Source of the DNA: Octopus bimaculoides
Taxonomy: Eukaryota
Length of the DNA: 36,318 nucleotides
Assembly (NCBI RefSeq): GCF_001194135.2
Contig: NC_068983.1
Coordinates: 150,908,351 to 150,944,668 of the forward strand
Direction of reading: 5' to 3'
Part shown: one piece after another, positions 12,606-23,350 of the stretch
Position numbering within the stretch: the stretch's first letter is position 1
Layout of the letters: each line of letters begins with the position of its first letter
Notes under the pieces: model-generated
Seen by the model: only the letters and a program-made list of their open reading frames with translations
The model's database searches: none
What the model was told of the DNA's origin: nothing
Translations under genes and position numbers: made by a program

Positions 12606-12790
12606 TGAAAGAACGAAGGAAAAGAACAAGAGAATACAGGGCACTTAAAACAAAAAGTGAGCCAAATTAAATAGTTACAAAAATTATAAAAAGACATGAA
12701 GAGAAGAATGTATAATACATACATACATAATGATGATGGTGATGATGATGACGACAACGAAAATGCACACACACACACATATACACATAT

Positions 12791-13046
12791 GAAGGCGCAT
12801 GCCTTAGTGGGTAGGGTACTCGGTTCACGATCATGAGGTTATGAGTTCGATTTTTGTCGCCGCTTTGTATCCTTGAACAAGATACTTTTTTTCACGTTGC
12901 TCCAGTCCACTCAAAAGGGCTAACCTTGCCATATATTGTGTCAGGCTGCATTTCTTTGAGAACTATGTTAAGGGTACTCGTGTGTGCGGATGTTTCGTTG
13001 ATCGTCTCAACTGGAATCCTCGCCGTCGTAACCGACGGAATTCCAA
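12791..13046 (+). mobile_element. tRNA-derived SINE family B copy
   Basis: Head GAAGGCGCATGCCTTAGTGGGTAGGG...GAGTTCGATT and central TTGTATCCTTGAACAAGATACTT...TTCACGTTGCTCCAGTCCACTC. The tail GAGAACTATGTTAAGGGTAC...CAACTGGAATCCTCGCCGTCGTAACCGACGGA is homologous to the 16.7- and 18.7-kb copies. Confidence 0.75.
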
Positions 13047-13049
13047 TTA

Positions 13050-13204
13050 TTATTTTATTTCTCATATTCCCCGTCTCGGATTCACACACTTATTGCGGCG
13101 GTCGTTCAGTTTTTCTAAGCCCTGTAAAAGAACTTGGAAGGTTGAGCCTCCAACTAGGCCTTTCACAAGACCGTTAAAGCCAGGAACAGTTCAGCACCCC
13201 CTTA
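13050..13204 (-). mobile_element. Internally deleted mariner derivative (TIR joined to transposase C-terminus)
   Basis: Minus strand begins TA-AGGGGTGCTGAACTGTTCCTGGCTTT (TIR-like, TA target). It is followed closely by LQGLEKLNDRRNKCVNPR and, after a frameshift, GEYEK*, similar to the mariner C-terminal KCV...GEYVE motif. Confidence 0.55.
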
Positions 13205-13273
13205 TATGTGTTTGCTTGTCCCTCTATCTAAATATAATGTAGATATAATATCTATCTATATCTGAATTATCAT

Positions 13274-13311
13274 TGTACAACCCTCCGCTCTACCAACTGA
13301 GCTATCACGAG
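13274..13311 (-). pseudogene. tRNA-Tyr-like 5' half (fragment or SINE head)
   Basis: Reverse complement CTCGTGATAGCTCAGTTGGTAGAGCGGAGGGTTGTACA has a D arm/A box and a GTA anticodon. No 3' half (T arm) was found. Confidence 0.45.
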
Positions 13312-14364
13312 ACACTTTAGTCGGCCACTAACCTGTTTCAAAGCTTTAATTGTGGCCACCAAGGCAGTGAGTGACGCAGAGGTGCAGGAATAAAGATTTT
13401 TCCAAAAATGCTCCGAGATACTGGTATAAATTCAGATTCTGTAACCAAAGTCTTCATGGGAGGCAGAGAATGAAGGATGTTAGGATGCTCTACTTTCATC
13501 TACTGATGACTGCTGCTGCGGATGACACATACACACATATGCGCATGCGTATAATATATGCAATAAAACTACCATAAACTATATCCTTCCCAGGCAAGTC
13601 TAATCCTTATCGAACCAGAATATCAAAGGGGTGTGGGCATATCCGAACAGTGACAATACAAGATCCAAATGGCTTACAACGAAAAATCAATACAATTAAT
13701 TAAACGAAATAAATGTATATATCCCATCTCTGGCTACCTGATGGATATCATTGTAGTTTTCATCTCGGCATCTCCCTCTAAGCCAACAAATATTTAAAAT
13801 TGTTTAATAGATTTACCTTAGCATTACTTGTGGCTGTTTCCCTAATATAAACGAAAATATATTTCAAGGATCTCTCTCTATTCAGACTGGAGCCGCATGC
13901 AAAAACGAAATGTTACACAACGCACAAGCTATATCTGATGGTTGGACGACAAAGGCACAGCACGTCCCACGAGCTAGAAAATTGCAGGAAGAGACATTAG
14001 TATGCGAATGCTAGAAAAAATGCGAACTCTGTGCTCTCGAAAAATGATTGATTCTCAAAACACTTGTGTCATAGGATCATAGCTGAATGTTAAGTCTGAG
14101 ACTTTCAGCCTCTGTATGTACTAACGGAAATTTTAATGACGGAATTGGATACAGTTATTATAATTCTCTTAAGAAATCCTACATATATCAATTACGATAA
14201 TTCTCTTAAGATATCCACTATATCTCGCTTAATATAGTGGAAACTGAACCATCAAACAAATTTGTGAGGGAAGAGAAAAACCGTTTACCACAGCAATAAG
14301 CACAAACAATTAAATTCAAGGGGTTCAGTTATGGGATAGATTCCTCCAGGTTATGCAAAGAATC

Positions 14365-14645
14365 CTGAGACAATATGAAGAAACGTACAAATTAAATTTT
14401 GAAGGAAAGAGCGCTTAATATTTTTTTTGCAGTGTCAAGAGAATCTTTCTCAAGATTGCAGAGAGAAAGGCTGGCAAACTTGGCTAATCCCAGTTGATAT
14501 TGGCTGTAGAGGATTTCTACGTATTTGGAATGGAAAATACAGCTATTGGAATAAAAGGGAGAGAGAGAAAGGCAGCTGTTTGCAGGATGTAAGGAGGCAG
14601 CATAAAGAACCTCTTTCAGATTGTAGAATAAGATGGTGGAGTTAA
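14365..14645 (+). mobile_element. HERO-like non-LTR retrotransposon, RLE C-terminal remnant
   Basis: DCREKGWQTWLIPVDIGCRGF, then after a frameshift TAIGIKGRERKAAVCRM*. Matches the ECR..GW....PVEVGCRGF...LGI.G..R..A...AAE.AS.WLW C-terminus recalled for HERO-type elements. Confidence 0.65.
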
Positions 14646-15487
14646 GCTGAAAATCAGGATGGGGGGAAAAAGGCATTGGTGAGGCTACCATTAGTTAATA
14701 TCAACTCCAGTTCAAAGTTGCCTTCACTAAAACTGAACGAAGTAGAAGCAACTTTTAGGTTTAATTCACTTTGATATCCGTATTCCAAACTATTTCCTAA
14801 ATTTTGCATGTTTGTAACTAAATATATTTGTAATAGCACCGTCTTCTAATGTTGTGCACTCCTCCATTACATAAACTGTTGTTTGCAAATCAAAATATAT
14901 TTCGATTCAAACATCAGTTTATATAATCGAGAAAGTGCAAAACATTGAAACATTGTGCTATTACAAATATATTAAGTTACAAGACCGTTCAAAATACATA
15001 ATCAAATACACAAATAGATTAGATAAGTATACTGAGAAATGAATATTGAAACCACTCATGCGCGCGCGCGCGCACACACACACACACGCATATATATATA
15101 TATATATTTATATGCGCCTCTGTGTGTGTCTTTATGAGTTTGTATGTAGAACTATATTTTATTACAATGAGATACAATTATATTTAAAGAAAACGAGGAA
15201 GAATTATGCCTCCGCTTTATCTGCTGCTGTTGTTTATGGTAATGCTGGTGCCGATGTTGATTTGGAGCCTTTGATGATTGCACTGATGAAGATGATGACT
15301 GTAAAAAGAACTCCTGCTTCCGCCAGCGGGGTTTATTATTCTTAGTTGCATTATTACTTCCTCTTTTTTTTTTTTACAGCTAGGGCGTAGGGTTTACCTT
15401 ATTCTTATGAGACACTCAATTCTAATATTTTCATCTTATTCATAACCAACTTAAGTTTGTGGGTGGTATGTCATAGTGTTTGAAAGT

Positions 15488-15488
15488 A

Positions 15489-15529
<41 letters not shown>

Positions 15530-15595
15530 CCTGTCTATCTATCTGTCTATCTATCTGTCTATCTAGCTGTCTATTTATCCATCTATCTATATCTG
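15488..15595. repeat. (ATCT)n/(CTGT)n microsatellite
   Basis: Direct reading. Confidence 0.85.
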
Positions 15596-16039
15596 CAGGT
15601 TATTTGGAAATTTGAAACAAATATAATCTATAATGCTATTTCCATAAATGTGTTATATATTAATATAATTTTTTTCTCAGCTGTATCCTTTGTGATATAT
15701 CGATATTGAAAGTATTAAGCCTATTTTTTTTTTTACAATTTCTTACCTTTTGGGGTACGCTGCATATTTTTTGCATTCTTTTCAACTTATATTTCAATAT
15801 TTATCGTTATTTCGTTTCCATTTTCAATTTAGTTTTGAAAAGAAGAGAAACGAAATAACCCATATGAAAATATTTTATGTTTGAGAAAAATTAATAATTA
15901 GCTTCAGTCTATTTTTTTTTTGTTTTTGTCTTAAACTAATTAAATCACAAATACTTCAGACATAGATTTCACACATGTCGTTGTTAGATATTCAAATCTT
16001 TAGTTCTAGTAACTATAATACTAATCTGTTGTAGTCAAC

Positions 16040-16620
16040 GTATTTAGTGCTTTAAGAGGTGAACGTTGACATGTTGAAAAGGTACGCCGTGTCTCTCGGA
16101 TCGTTGTCTCGTTAAACCGGTGCATTTGCTGAACATAAAACTGTATTGACCGTGGTTGTATTTAAGTATCTCGTAGTGGATTAGTCCTTCCCGAACCCAC
16201 CAACCGCATATTATCGTTTTGCATGGATGCAACTCTGGCTTGGCTCGAGGTGTTACTTGCCTTGTTGGCCCTCAGTTATTCTTTCTACTGCTTCATATTG
16301 AAGTAAAGGCATCATTTTCATATCTGGTTCGATACAGTAAAGAAATCTGTGTTCGTTCACAAGTTGCCGAGTGTCTAGCAAACAATCTGTGGAGGCGATA
16401 GAAGAGCATTAGATTTGCCACTTTGTTTCAGAAGGTGTAGCAGTCATGCACCGAAGTTTTGAACTTTACCCGTCGAATGAAGGAAACGAGCGTCGGGAAA
16501 TTTCTCTAGACGATTGGCATGGATCCTCTCGTTCTTGTTCAATCGATCCTAACAGAACTGAACAGGTTGGCTGGAACGCTGAGATTCCGTGAGGTCGAAT
16601 TTCCTCTCTCTGAAGCGTGG
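16040..16620 (-). pseudogene. Decayed mariner (Tc1/mariner) transposase fragment
   Basis: Minus translation: FRERKFDLTESQRSSQP (HTH linker), GKVQNFGA*LLHLL (WVPHEL-like), VSNQI*K*CLY (first catalytic D region), then after a frameshift LHPCKTIICGWWVREGLIHYEIL (cf. LHPKK.MLCVWW..EGIIHYELL). Confidence 0.8.
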
Positions 16621-16669
16621 AAACTATTCCTGTAGAGTTCCTTAAGTAATATCACCTATTCTATATTGA

Positions 16670-17050
16670 CACCCCGTCGCTTACGACGTCGAGGGTTCCA
16701 GTTGATCCGATCAGCGGAACAGCCTGCTCGTGAAATCAACGTGCAAGTGGCTGAGCACTCCACAGACACGTCTACCCTTAACGTAGTTCTCGGGGAGATT
16801 CAGCGTGACACAGAGTGTGACAAGGCTGACCCTTTGAATTACAGGCACAACAGAAACAGGAAGTAAGAGTGAGAAAAAGTTGTGGTGAAAGAGTACAGCA
16901 GGGGTCGCCACCATCCCTTGTCGGAGCCTCGTGGAGCTTTAGGTGCTTTCGTTCAATAAACAACGCTCACAACGCCCGGTCTGGGAATCGAAACCGCGAT
17001 CCTATGATCGCGAGTCCGCTGCCCTAACCACTGGGCCATTGCGCCTCCAC
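16670..17050 (-). mobile_element. tRNA-derived SINE family B, full-length-like copy
   Basis: Reverse-complement head GTGGAGGCGCAATGGCCCAGTGGTTAGGGCAGCGGACTCGCGATCATAGGATCGCGGTTTCGATTCCCAGACC has A and B boxes. Tail is shared with the 18.7-kb copy. Confidence 0.85.
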
Positions 17051-17585
17051 CACCTATTTTATAAACAACACAAATATCTCGAGTGGCTCTGATAATTTTG
17101 GAACCTTGGTTGAAAGAATAGGGAAACATGTCGAAAATAATCAATTTTTTTCTACGGACATTCCATCGTCACATGACTGAAAAGAGGTAAGCATTCTTCA
17201 AATTTCAAAAATGATAAACAAAAGTTGTAGGTAAGAATTGTACTAAAAACCTATAATGCGCTTCGATTAAAATATTTTTTGTGTATATTCAAATAACATT
17301 GAAAAGGAACGAGCAAATTCATCTGAAGAACCCATTATATTATGAGCGATCTTCCGAAAGTAATGCAAAAGTGGAATTAACTTTTTATTATTAATTAACA
17401 TCCCCGATTTCAGTTGGGTCAAGAGCGGCAGGGTCATTGTCTGTTCGCAACTAAATAGGCACACAGTGGCGTATGGTGGTTGTTGTACTGGGGGTGCTGC
17501 CGCACCTAATGTCACCAAATTTCAAGTAGAGGTATAACATAAGTTCCATTAAGATTTGTGATTAAATTAATGAGTAGTTATAATA

Positions 17586-17778
17586 CTCTTTTACTTGTTT
17601 CAGTCATTTGACTGAGGCCATGCTGGAGCACCGCAAATCGACCCCAGGACTTATTCTTTGGAAGCCTAGTACTTATTCTATCGGTCTTTTTTGCCGAACC
17701 ACTAAGTTACGGGTACGTAAACACACCAGCATCGGTTGTCAAGCGATGTTGGGGGGACAAACACAGACNNNNNNNNNN

Positions 17779-17816
<38 letters not shown>

Positions 17817-17817
17817 C

Positions 17818-17848
<31 letters not shown>

Positions 17849-18021
17849 CATATATACGACGGGCTTCTTCCAGTTTCCGTCTACCAAATCCACTCACAAG
17901 GCTTTGGTCGGCCCGAGGCTATAGTAGGAGACACTTGCCCAAGGTGTCACGCAGTGGGACTGAACCCAGAACCACGTGGTTGGTAAGCAAGCTACTTACC
18001 ACACACCCACTCCTGCCCCTA
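17586..18021 (-). mobile_element. tRNA-derived SINE family C with internal (CA)n(TA)n microsatellite
   Basis: Reverse-complement head GGCAGGAGTGGGTGTGTGGTAAGTAGCTTGCTTACCAACCACGTGGTTCTGGGTTCAGTCCC, then CACCTTGGGCAAGTGTCT, the microsatellite, and a tail ending GACTGAAACAAGTAAAAGAG. Confidence 0.85.
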
Positions 18022-18711
18022 ATGAGTAGAAAAATATCAGTAGCATTATAATATCACCGATACTGACTGAATTCTTGTCGATATATTTCTCTGGATGATT
18101 TCTATGTAAATCATTAAAAGTCAAACACAGACTTATGCATTTGTGCGTGATTCTATACGATGCTAATAAAAGTTAAGCATAGAAAAATGTGAGGTTTCGA
18201 CAGTTCTCAACCATACCGTACACAAGAGGAGAGGAAGATAATGTATTTGAAACAAATACACCATTACACATGCACAAGCAAAACAAAAACAACACAAAAT
18301 GAATAATTACAGGATTATATAAGAAGAGAACGTATAGGAAGAGACCTTAAAATGAAATATAAAAATGATATGAGCACAATCAAACATTATAACAATACAG
18401 ACAATAACAACAGCAAAAACATCAAAGAATAATTCTATATCCAGTGCATGTATTTCATTTCTGAATAGATCGCCAATTGTTACTTGAATTAGAGCTGTTG
18501 AGTCATCTATCAATATTTCATTAACATTGCAACATTTTCCCATCCTACTTCTCTTCTTCTCGCTTCCTTTCTATTATTATTATTATTATTATCTACCACT
18601 CTTCTCTCTTTCCCTCTCCCTTTCTCTCTCTCTCTCACGCTCTCTCTTTCTCTCCCTCTCTCGTGGAACGGTTTAGCTTGAAGTAGATATAACTATAAAA
18701 ATAATAGCGTG

Positions 18712-18955
18712 TTGTTGGCACTCCGTCGCTTACGACGTCGAGGCTTCCAGTTGATCCGATCAACGGAACAACCTGCTCGTGAAATTAACGTGCAAGTGGC
18801 TGAGCACTCCACAGACACGTGTACCCTTAACGTAGTTCTCGGGGATATTCAGGTATTTTCGCTCAATAAACACTCACAACGCCCGGTCTGGGAATCGAAA
18901 CCGTGAACCTATGACCGCGAGTCCGCTGCCCTAACCACTAGGCCATTGCGCCTCC
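18712..18955 (-). mobile_element. SINE family B copy with internal deletion and 12-bp TSD
   Basis: Colinear with 16670-17050 but lacks about 140 bp. Flanked by AATAATAGCGTG (18700-18711) and AATAATAGAGTG (18956-18967). Confidence 0.85.
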
Positions 18956-19462
18956 AATAATAGAGTGCAATAGCGTGTAAATAGTAGATTATAAAACACT
19001 TTCGATAAAAAAAAGTCGAAGGTTTCATTTGTTTCGAGTTAACTTTTCCGATAAAGAATTATTTCATGTTCTCTCGAAGTTTCAGTATTCCCATCAAGTC
19101 AACAGTATCCATCCATCCATCCATCCATCCATCTATATACATATGCACTTGCATATGCACATGTATGTTTACACTTGCATTCACTCTCACGTATAACATA
19201 CATACCTTATGTATGTGTAGGTGTGTGATTGTATGTGTACTGTCGAAGAGCGATGGAGATGTTTGAAGTCAAATGAGTTCCACACGAATACACACACACA
19301 AACGCACACAAACACACACACACACACGCAAAAGCACACAACTACACCTAAAATGTTTCTACGTCTTTATGTCTTTTACCATCGATATCTCTTTCTCTTT
19401 ACACGCACGCACACAACACACACACACTCGCATGCTCTCACGAACATACATTCATATACGTA

Positions 19463-19776
19463 TGAATAAAATTTGAAGTTAAGCAACAAAAATTCAATAG
19501 GTTATAGCAGTACGTACGTTTCGTACAAGCTCCATTTATTCATGTAGTGATAACACTACAGAAAATACAATGAAAGTGTACTCCTCAGCTGCATAAAGGA
19601 ATTTCATTTTAGAAAGTCATTTTGAAGATGTTTGCAAAAAACAAGAGTAAGAGAAGAAAACACATCTCGACTATATTCTGTAGTGTTATCACTACATGAA
19701 TAAATGGAGCTTGTACGAAACGTACGTACTGCTATAACCTATTGAATTTTTGTTGCTTAACTTCAAATTTTATTCA
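19463..19776. mobile_element. Fold-back element with perfect 101-bp inverted repeats; probable Penelope-like pseudo-LTR with inverted 5'-truncated copy
   Basis: 19463-19563 is the exact reverse complement of 19676-19776, with a 112-bp spacer. It contains a hammerhead motif on the minus strand. Confidence 0.7.
19502..19596 (-). ncRNA. Minimal type I hammerhead ribozyme motif
   Basis: Minus strand reads TTATGCAG-CTGAGGA-GTAC...GTAC-GAAAC-GTAC-GT-A-CTGCTATAA. The core is complete (CUGANGA/GAAA). Stem I is TTATGCAG/CTGC(T)ATAA, stem II has a G-C closing pair, stem III is 2 bp with a palindromic loop, and the cleavage triplet is GUA. Confidence 0.75.
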
Positions 19777-20643
19777 CCAAATCTCTTGATTTTGTTTTTT
19801 GTTTTTATCCTACCAAATTCTGGTGCTTCAAACTTTTAAGTACCACATTTAATCTTTTGATTAAATCTATATTATTATTCATATACGTATGTGTAGAATA
19901 AACCGCCCGATATAAACTGGCGAATTTTCATTATGATCAAATATTCATCATACACGCTTAGATATTATNNNNNNNNNNNNNNNNNNNNNNNNNNNNNNNN
20001 NNNNNNNNNNNNNNNNNNNNNNNNNNNNNNNNNNNNNNNNNNNNNNNNNNNNNNNNNNNNNNNNNNNNNNNNNNNNNNNNNNNNNNNNNNNNNNNNNNNN
20101 NNNNNNNNNNNNNNNNNNNNNNNNNNNNNNNNNNNNNNNNNNNNNNNNNNNNNNNNNNNNNNNNNNNNNNNNNNNNNNNNNNNNNNNNNNNNNNNNNNNN
20201 NNNNNNNNNNNNNNNNNNNNNNNNNNNNNNNNNNNNNNNNNNNNNNNNNNNNNNNNNNNNNNNNNNNNNNNNNNNNNNNNNNNNNNNNNNNNNNNNNNNN
20301 NNNNNNNNNNNNNNNNNNNNNNNNNNNNNNNNNNNNNNNNNNNNNNNNNNNNNNNNNNNNNNNNNNNNNNNNNNNNNNNNNNNNNNNNNNNNNNNNNNNN
20401 NNNNNNNNNNNNNNNNNNNNNNNNNNNNNNNNNNNNNNNNNNNNNNNNNNNNNNNNNNNNNNNNNNNNNNNNNNNNNNNNNNNNNNNNNNNNNNNNNNNN
20501 NNNNNNNNNNNNNNNNNNNNNNNNNNNNNNNNNNNNNNNNNNNNNNNNNNNNNNNNNNNNNNNNNNNNNNNNNNNNNNNNNNNNNNNNNNNNNNNNNNNN
20601 NNNNNNNNNNNNNNNNNNNNNNNNNNNNNNNNNNNNNNNNNNN

Positions 20644-20805
20644 GGTGTGTTTATGTCCCCGTAACTTAGCAGACAGAAAGAATAAGCCCTAGGCTTAAAA
20701 AAAAAACTAAATCCTCCTGGGATCTTTTCTTTCGGTTAAAACCCTTCACGGTGGTACTCCAGCTTGGCTCCAGACAAATAACTGAAACAAGTAAAAGAAT
20801 AAAAC
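20644..20805 (+). mobile_element. SINE family C, 3' half (5' half lost in gap 19969-20643)
   Basis: GTTTATGTCCCCGTAACTTAGC...GGTACTCCAGCTTGGC...ACTGAAACAAGTAAAAGAAT, homologous to the reverse complement of 17586-17750. Confidence 0.7.
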
Positions 20806-20884
20806 AATATATATATAACTCCAGTATAACCATCAATAATGAAATTCTCGCCAATCACCCCAACATTCAACAACACCGCCATTA

Positions 20885-20967
20885 GCACAACAACTACTAC
20901 TACTACTACTACTGCTACGACTACCACTACTGCTGCTACTTCATATATATATGTATATAAATATGTG

Positions 20968-21002
<35 letters not shown>

Positions 21003-21202
21003 GTCTCTACGCCCCACGTATCCATCATTTTCATCATCATAATAGTCATCATCATCACCATCGTCATCATAATCACCGTCACCACCACCATCACCTTTAT
21101 CAGATTTGTAACATGACAGGCATTATAATATAGCGTTAAAGCAAAGACTCGACCTTCCCCCGCTCACTACCATCTCACCTACACTTTCACCCGCTCTGTG
21201 AT

Positions 21203-21240
<38 letters not shown>
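20885..21240. repeat. Cluster of (TAC)n, (AT)n, (CAT/CAC)n and (CT)n microsatellites
   Basis: Direct reading. Confidence 0.85.
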
Positions 21241-21679
21241 TTCTATGACAGTGCTAAATAATTCAAACACACAGGAACCCCGCGCAGTGTTTATAGAGTC
21301 CAGGACACAAGTATTCTATAATACGGATTAAAGCTTGCCTGAGTATGTGTTTATTGACAAACCAAACTAGCTAGGGCCGAGCTACTGACAAAGAAAGCAA
21401 ATACACACCAACAACAACAAGAAAAAATGTAATTATAATGATAAAGAATAAAGAGAGATATGCAGAATAAAAACGGTTTATAATAATAAAGAACCATTAG
21501 AAATCGGGCTATTGCCAACACAAAGATTACATTATTCATAATTATAATAAATACAGCTTGAATATAATCAGATCATCTCAATAGAGAAGTTAATCATGGC
21601 ACATTACAACAAAAACCAAAATAAATACAAACCAACAAAGCATAAACAATTAATGTTTTTATTATTTATATTAGCTAGT

Positions 21680-23350
21680 GACTGGATTGAATGACAGAAT
21701 TCCCAGCGCTTTAGGTAAAATAACTGCGGTATTTGTTTGAATATCTACGTTTTGAGCTCAAATTCCGCCGAGGTCGACTTTACCTTTTATCCTTTCGTGA
21801 TGGATAAAATAAGTACCAGTTGTACACTGGCGTCGATGTAGTCGACTTATCCCTCCCCAAAATTGCTGGCCTTGTGCCGAAATTTCAAAGCAATTTTATA
21901 TTAGCTAGCCATGGGATTGAATGACAGAACGCCTCGGGGAAATTAAAGTACCAGTTGAGCACTAGGGTCTCTTTTATCCACGAACCCCGCTAAGGCAGCG
22001 AACTGGCAGAATTGTTAGTACGCTGGACGAAATGCTTAGCGATATTTCACCTGTCACCAAGAATTTCGGGCCTTGTACCTAGAGTAGAAAAGAATATTTA
22101 CTTACATGTCCTGATTTCAAATTCCTCGGTGAGATTTGAATTAACATCGTAGAGATCCGAAGTAAATAACGCAGCTATTATGACCGACGCTCTACCGCTT
22201 CTGTCAATCCACCCTCTGGCTAATATATGCATTTCTGATTTAGGCTAGCAATATAGGGAGAAGTGTGCTTATCACTTCCATCAATCTCCGGTACTTGGTT
22301 GGTATTTCTTCATTTTATCGACCCCGGAAAGTAAGAGAGACTAAATCAACTTTGGTGGTATTTAAAATTAGAATGCGAATAGCCGGAACGATTACCGCAA
22401 GGCATTTAGTTCGACGCTTTACTGATTCTGTCAATCGTCTGGCCTAAGTTGTTGCTAACCGAGAGACAAAGCTAGCAGTTTTGAGAATAGAGGCTTAGAC
22501 TTCACCGACCTCAGAACTTGATTGGTAATTTATTTTATCGATCCCAGTGGGATGAAAAGTAAAGCTGATCTGAGCAGAAATTGAAATCGAAACAAACACT
22601 GCAATTTTGTCTGAGACGCAAGAAATTCTGTCATTCATGGTTAGTTAAAATAAGTAATTCTTAAGACAGCGAGCTGGCAGAATCGTTAGCACGCCGGAGA
22701 AATGCTTCGCGGCATTTCTCTCGTTTTCATTTCAAATTCCACCGAGGTCGACTTTGCCCTTGCGGGGCTGATAAAATAAGTACCAGTTTAACACTGAGTA
22801 CGATGTAATCCTTAGCTTTGTACCAATCCCTAGCTTTGTACCCTTCCCTAGCTTTGTACCAACATTTCAAACCAATACAAATAAATATTTTTATTCTACG
22901 AACAAGGCCTCAACTTTGGGAGGCGTGCTAACGTTTCTGCCAGCTCACCGCCTTACATGTAAGTAAATATTATTTATATAAATAAAGCGGTGGATTGAAT
23001 GTCAGAAATTATGCTGCGTATTTGTCCCGGCTTGTTACATTCTGTGTTTCGAATCCCACCGAAGTCAACTTTACCGTCAATCCTTCGGGATCGATAAATA
23101 AAGTACAGCACAATAAAGTCCTATTCCCTTTCACTAAATGTTAAGCCTTGTGCATGTATAAGCTATTATGATTTAGATTAGCACATGGAGAAGCATTTGG
23201 TTGAGTGTCGGAGTGAATGTTTTGTGTTATGGGGTTGTTACTCCATAACACAAAACATTCACTTTACATTTATTTTTAGTAATAAATAAATGTAAACATC
23301 TCTTTACATTTATTTTTAGTTCGAATCTTGCCGGAGTCAGCTTTGCCTTC
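21680..23350. mobile_element. Cluster of roughly eight to ten degenerate SINE family A copies or fragments in both orientations
   Basis: Repeated family A motifs, for example CAAATTCCGCCGAGGTCGACTT near 21760, GCAGCGAACTGGCAGAA near 21995, GACAGCGAGCTGGCAGAATCGTTAGCACGCC near 22665, and reverse-complement TTTTATCGACCCCGG near 22315. Confidence 0.8.

Noticed and set aside
17126-17195. ATG-initiated short frame ending at a strong AG|GTAAGC donor
   Set aside because: Such motifs arise by chance in 36 kb; no downstream exon is supported.
17465-17520. CAGTGGCGTA...GGTGCTGCCGCACC, resembling a hAT-type left end
   Set aside because: No matching right TIR or TSD was found.
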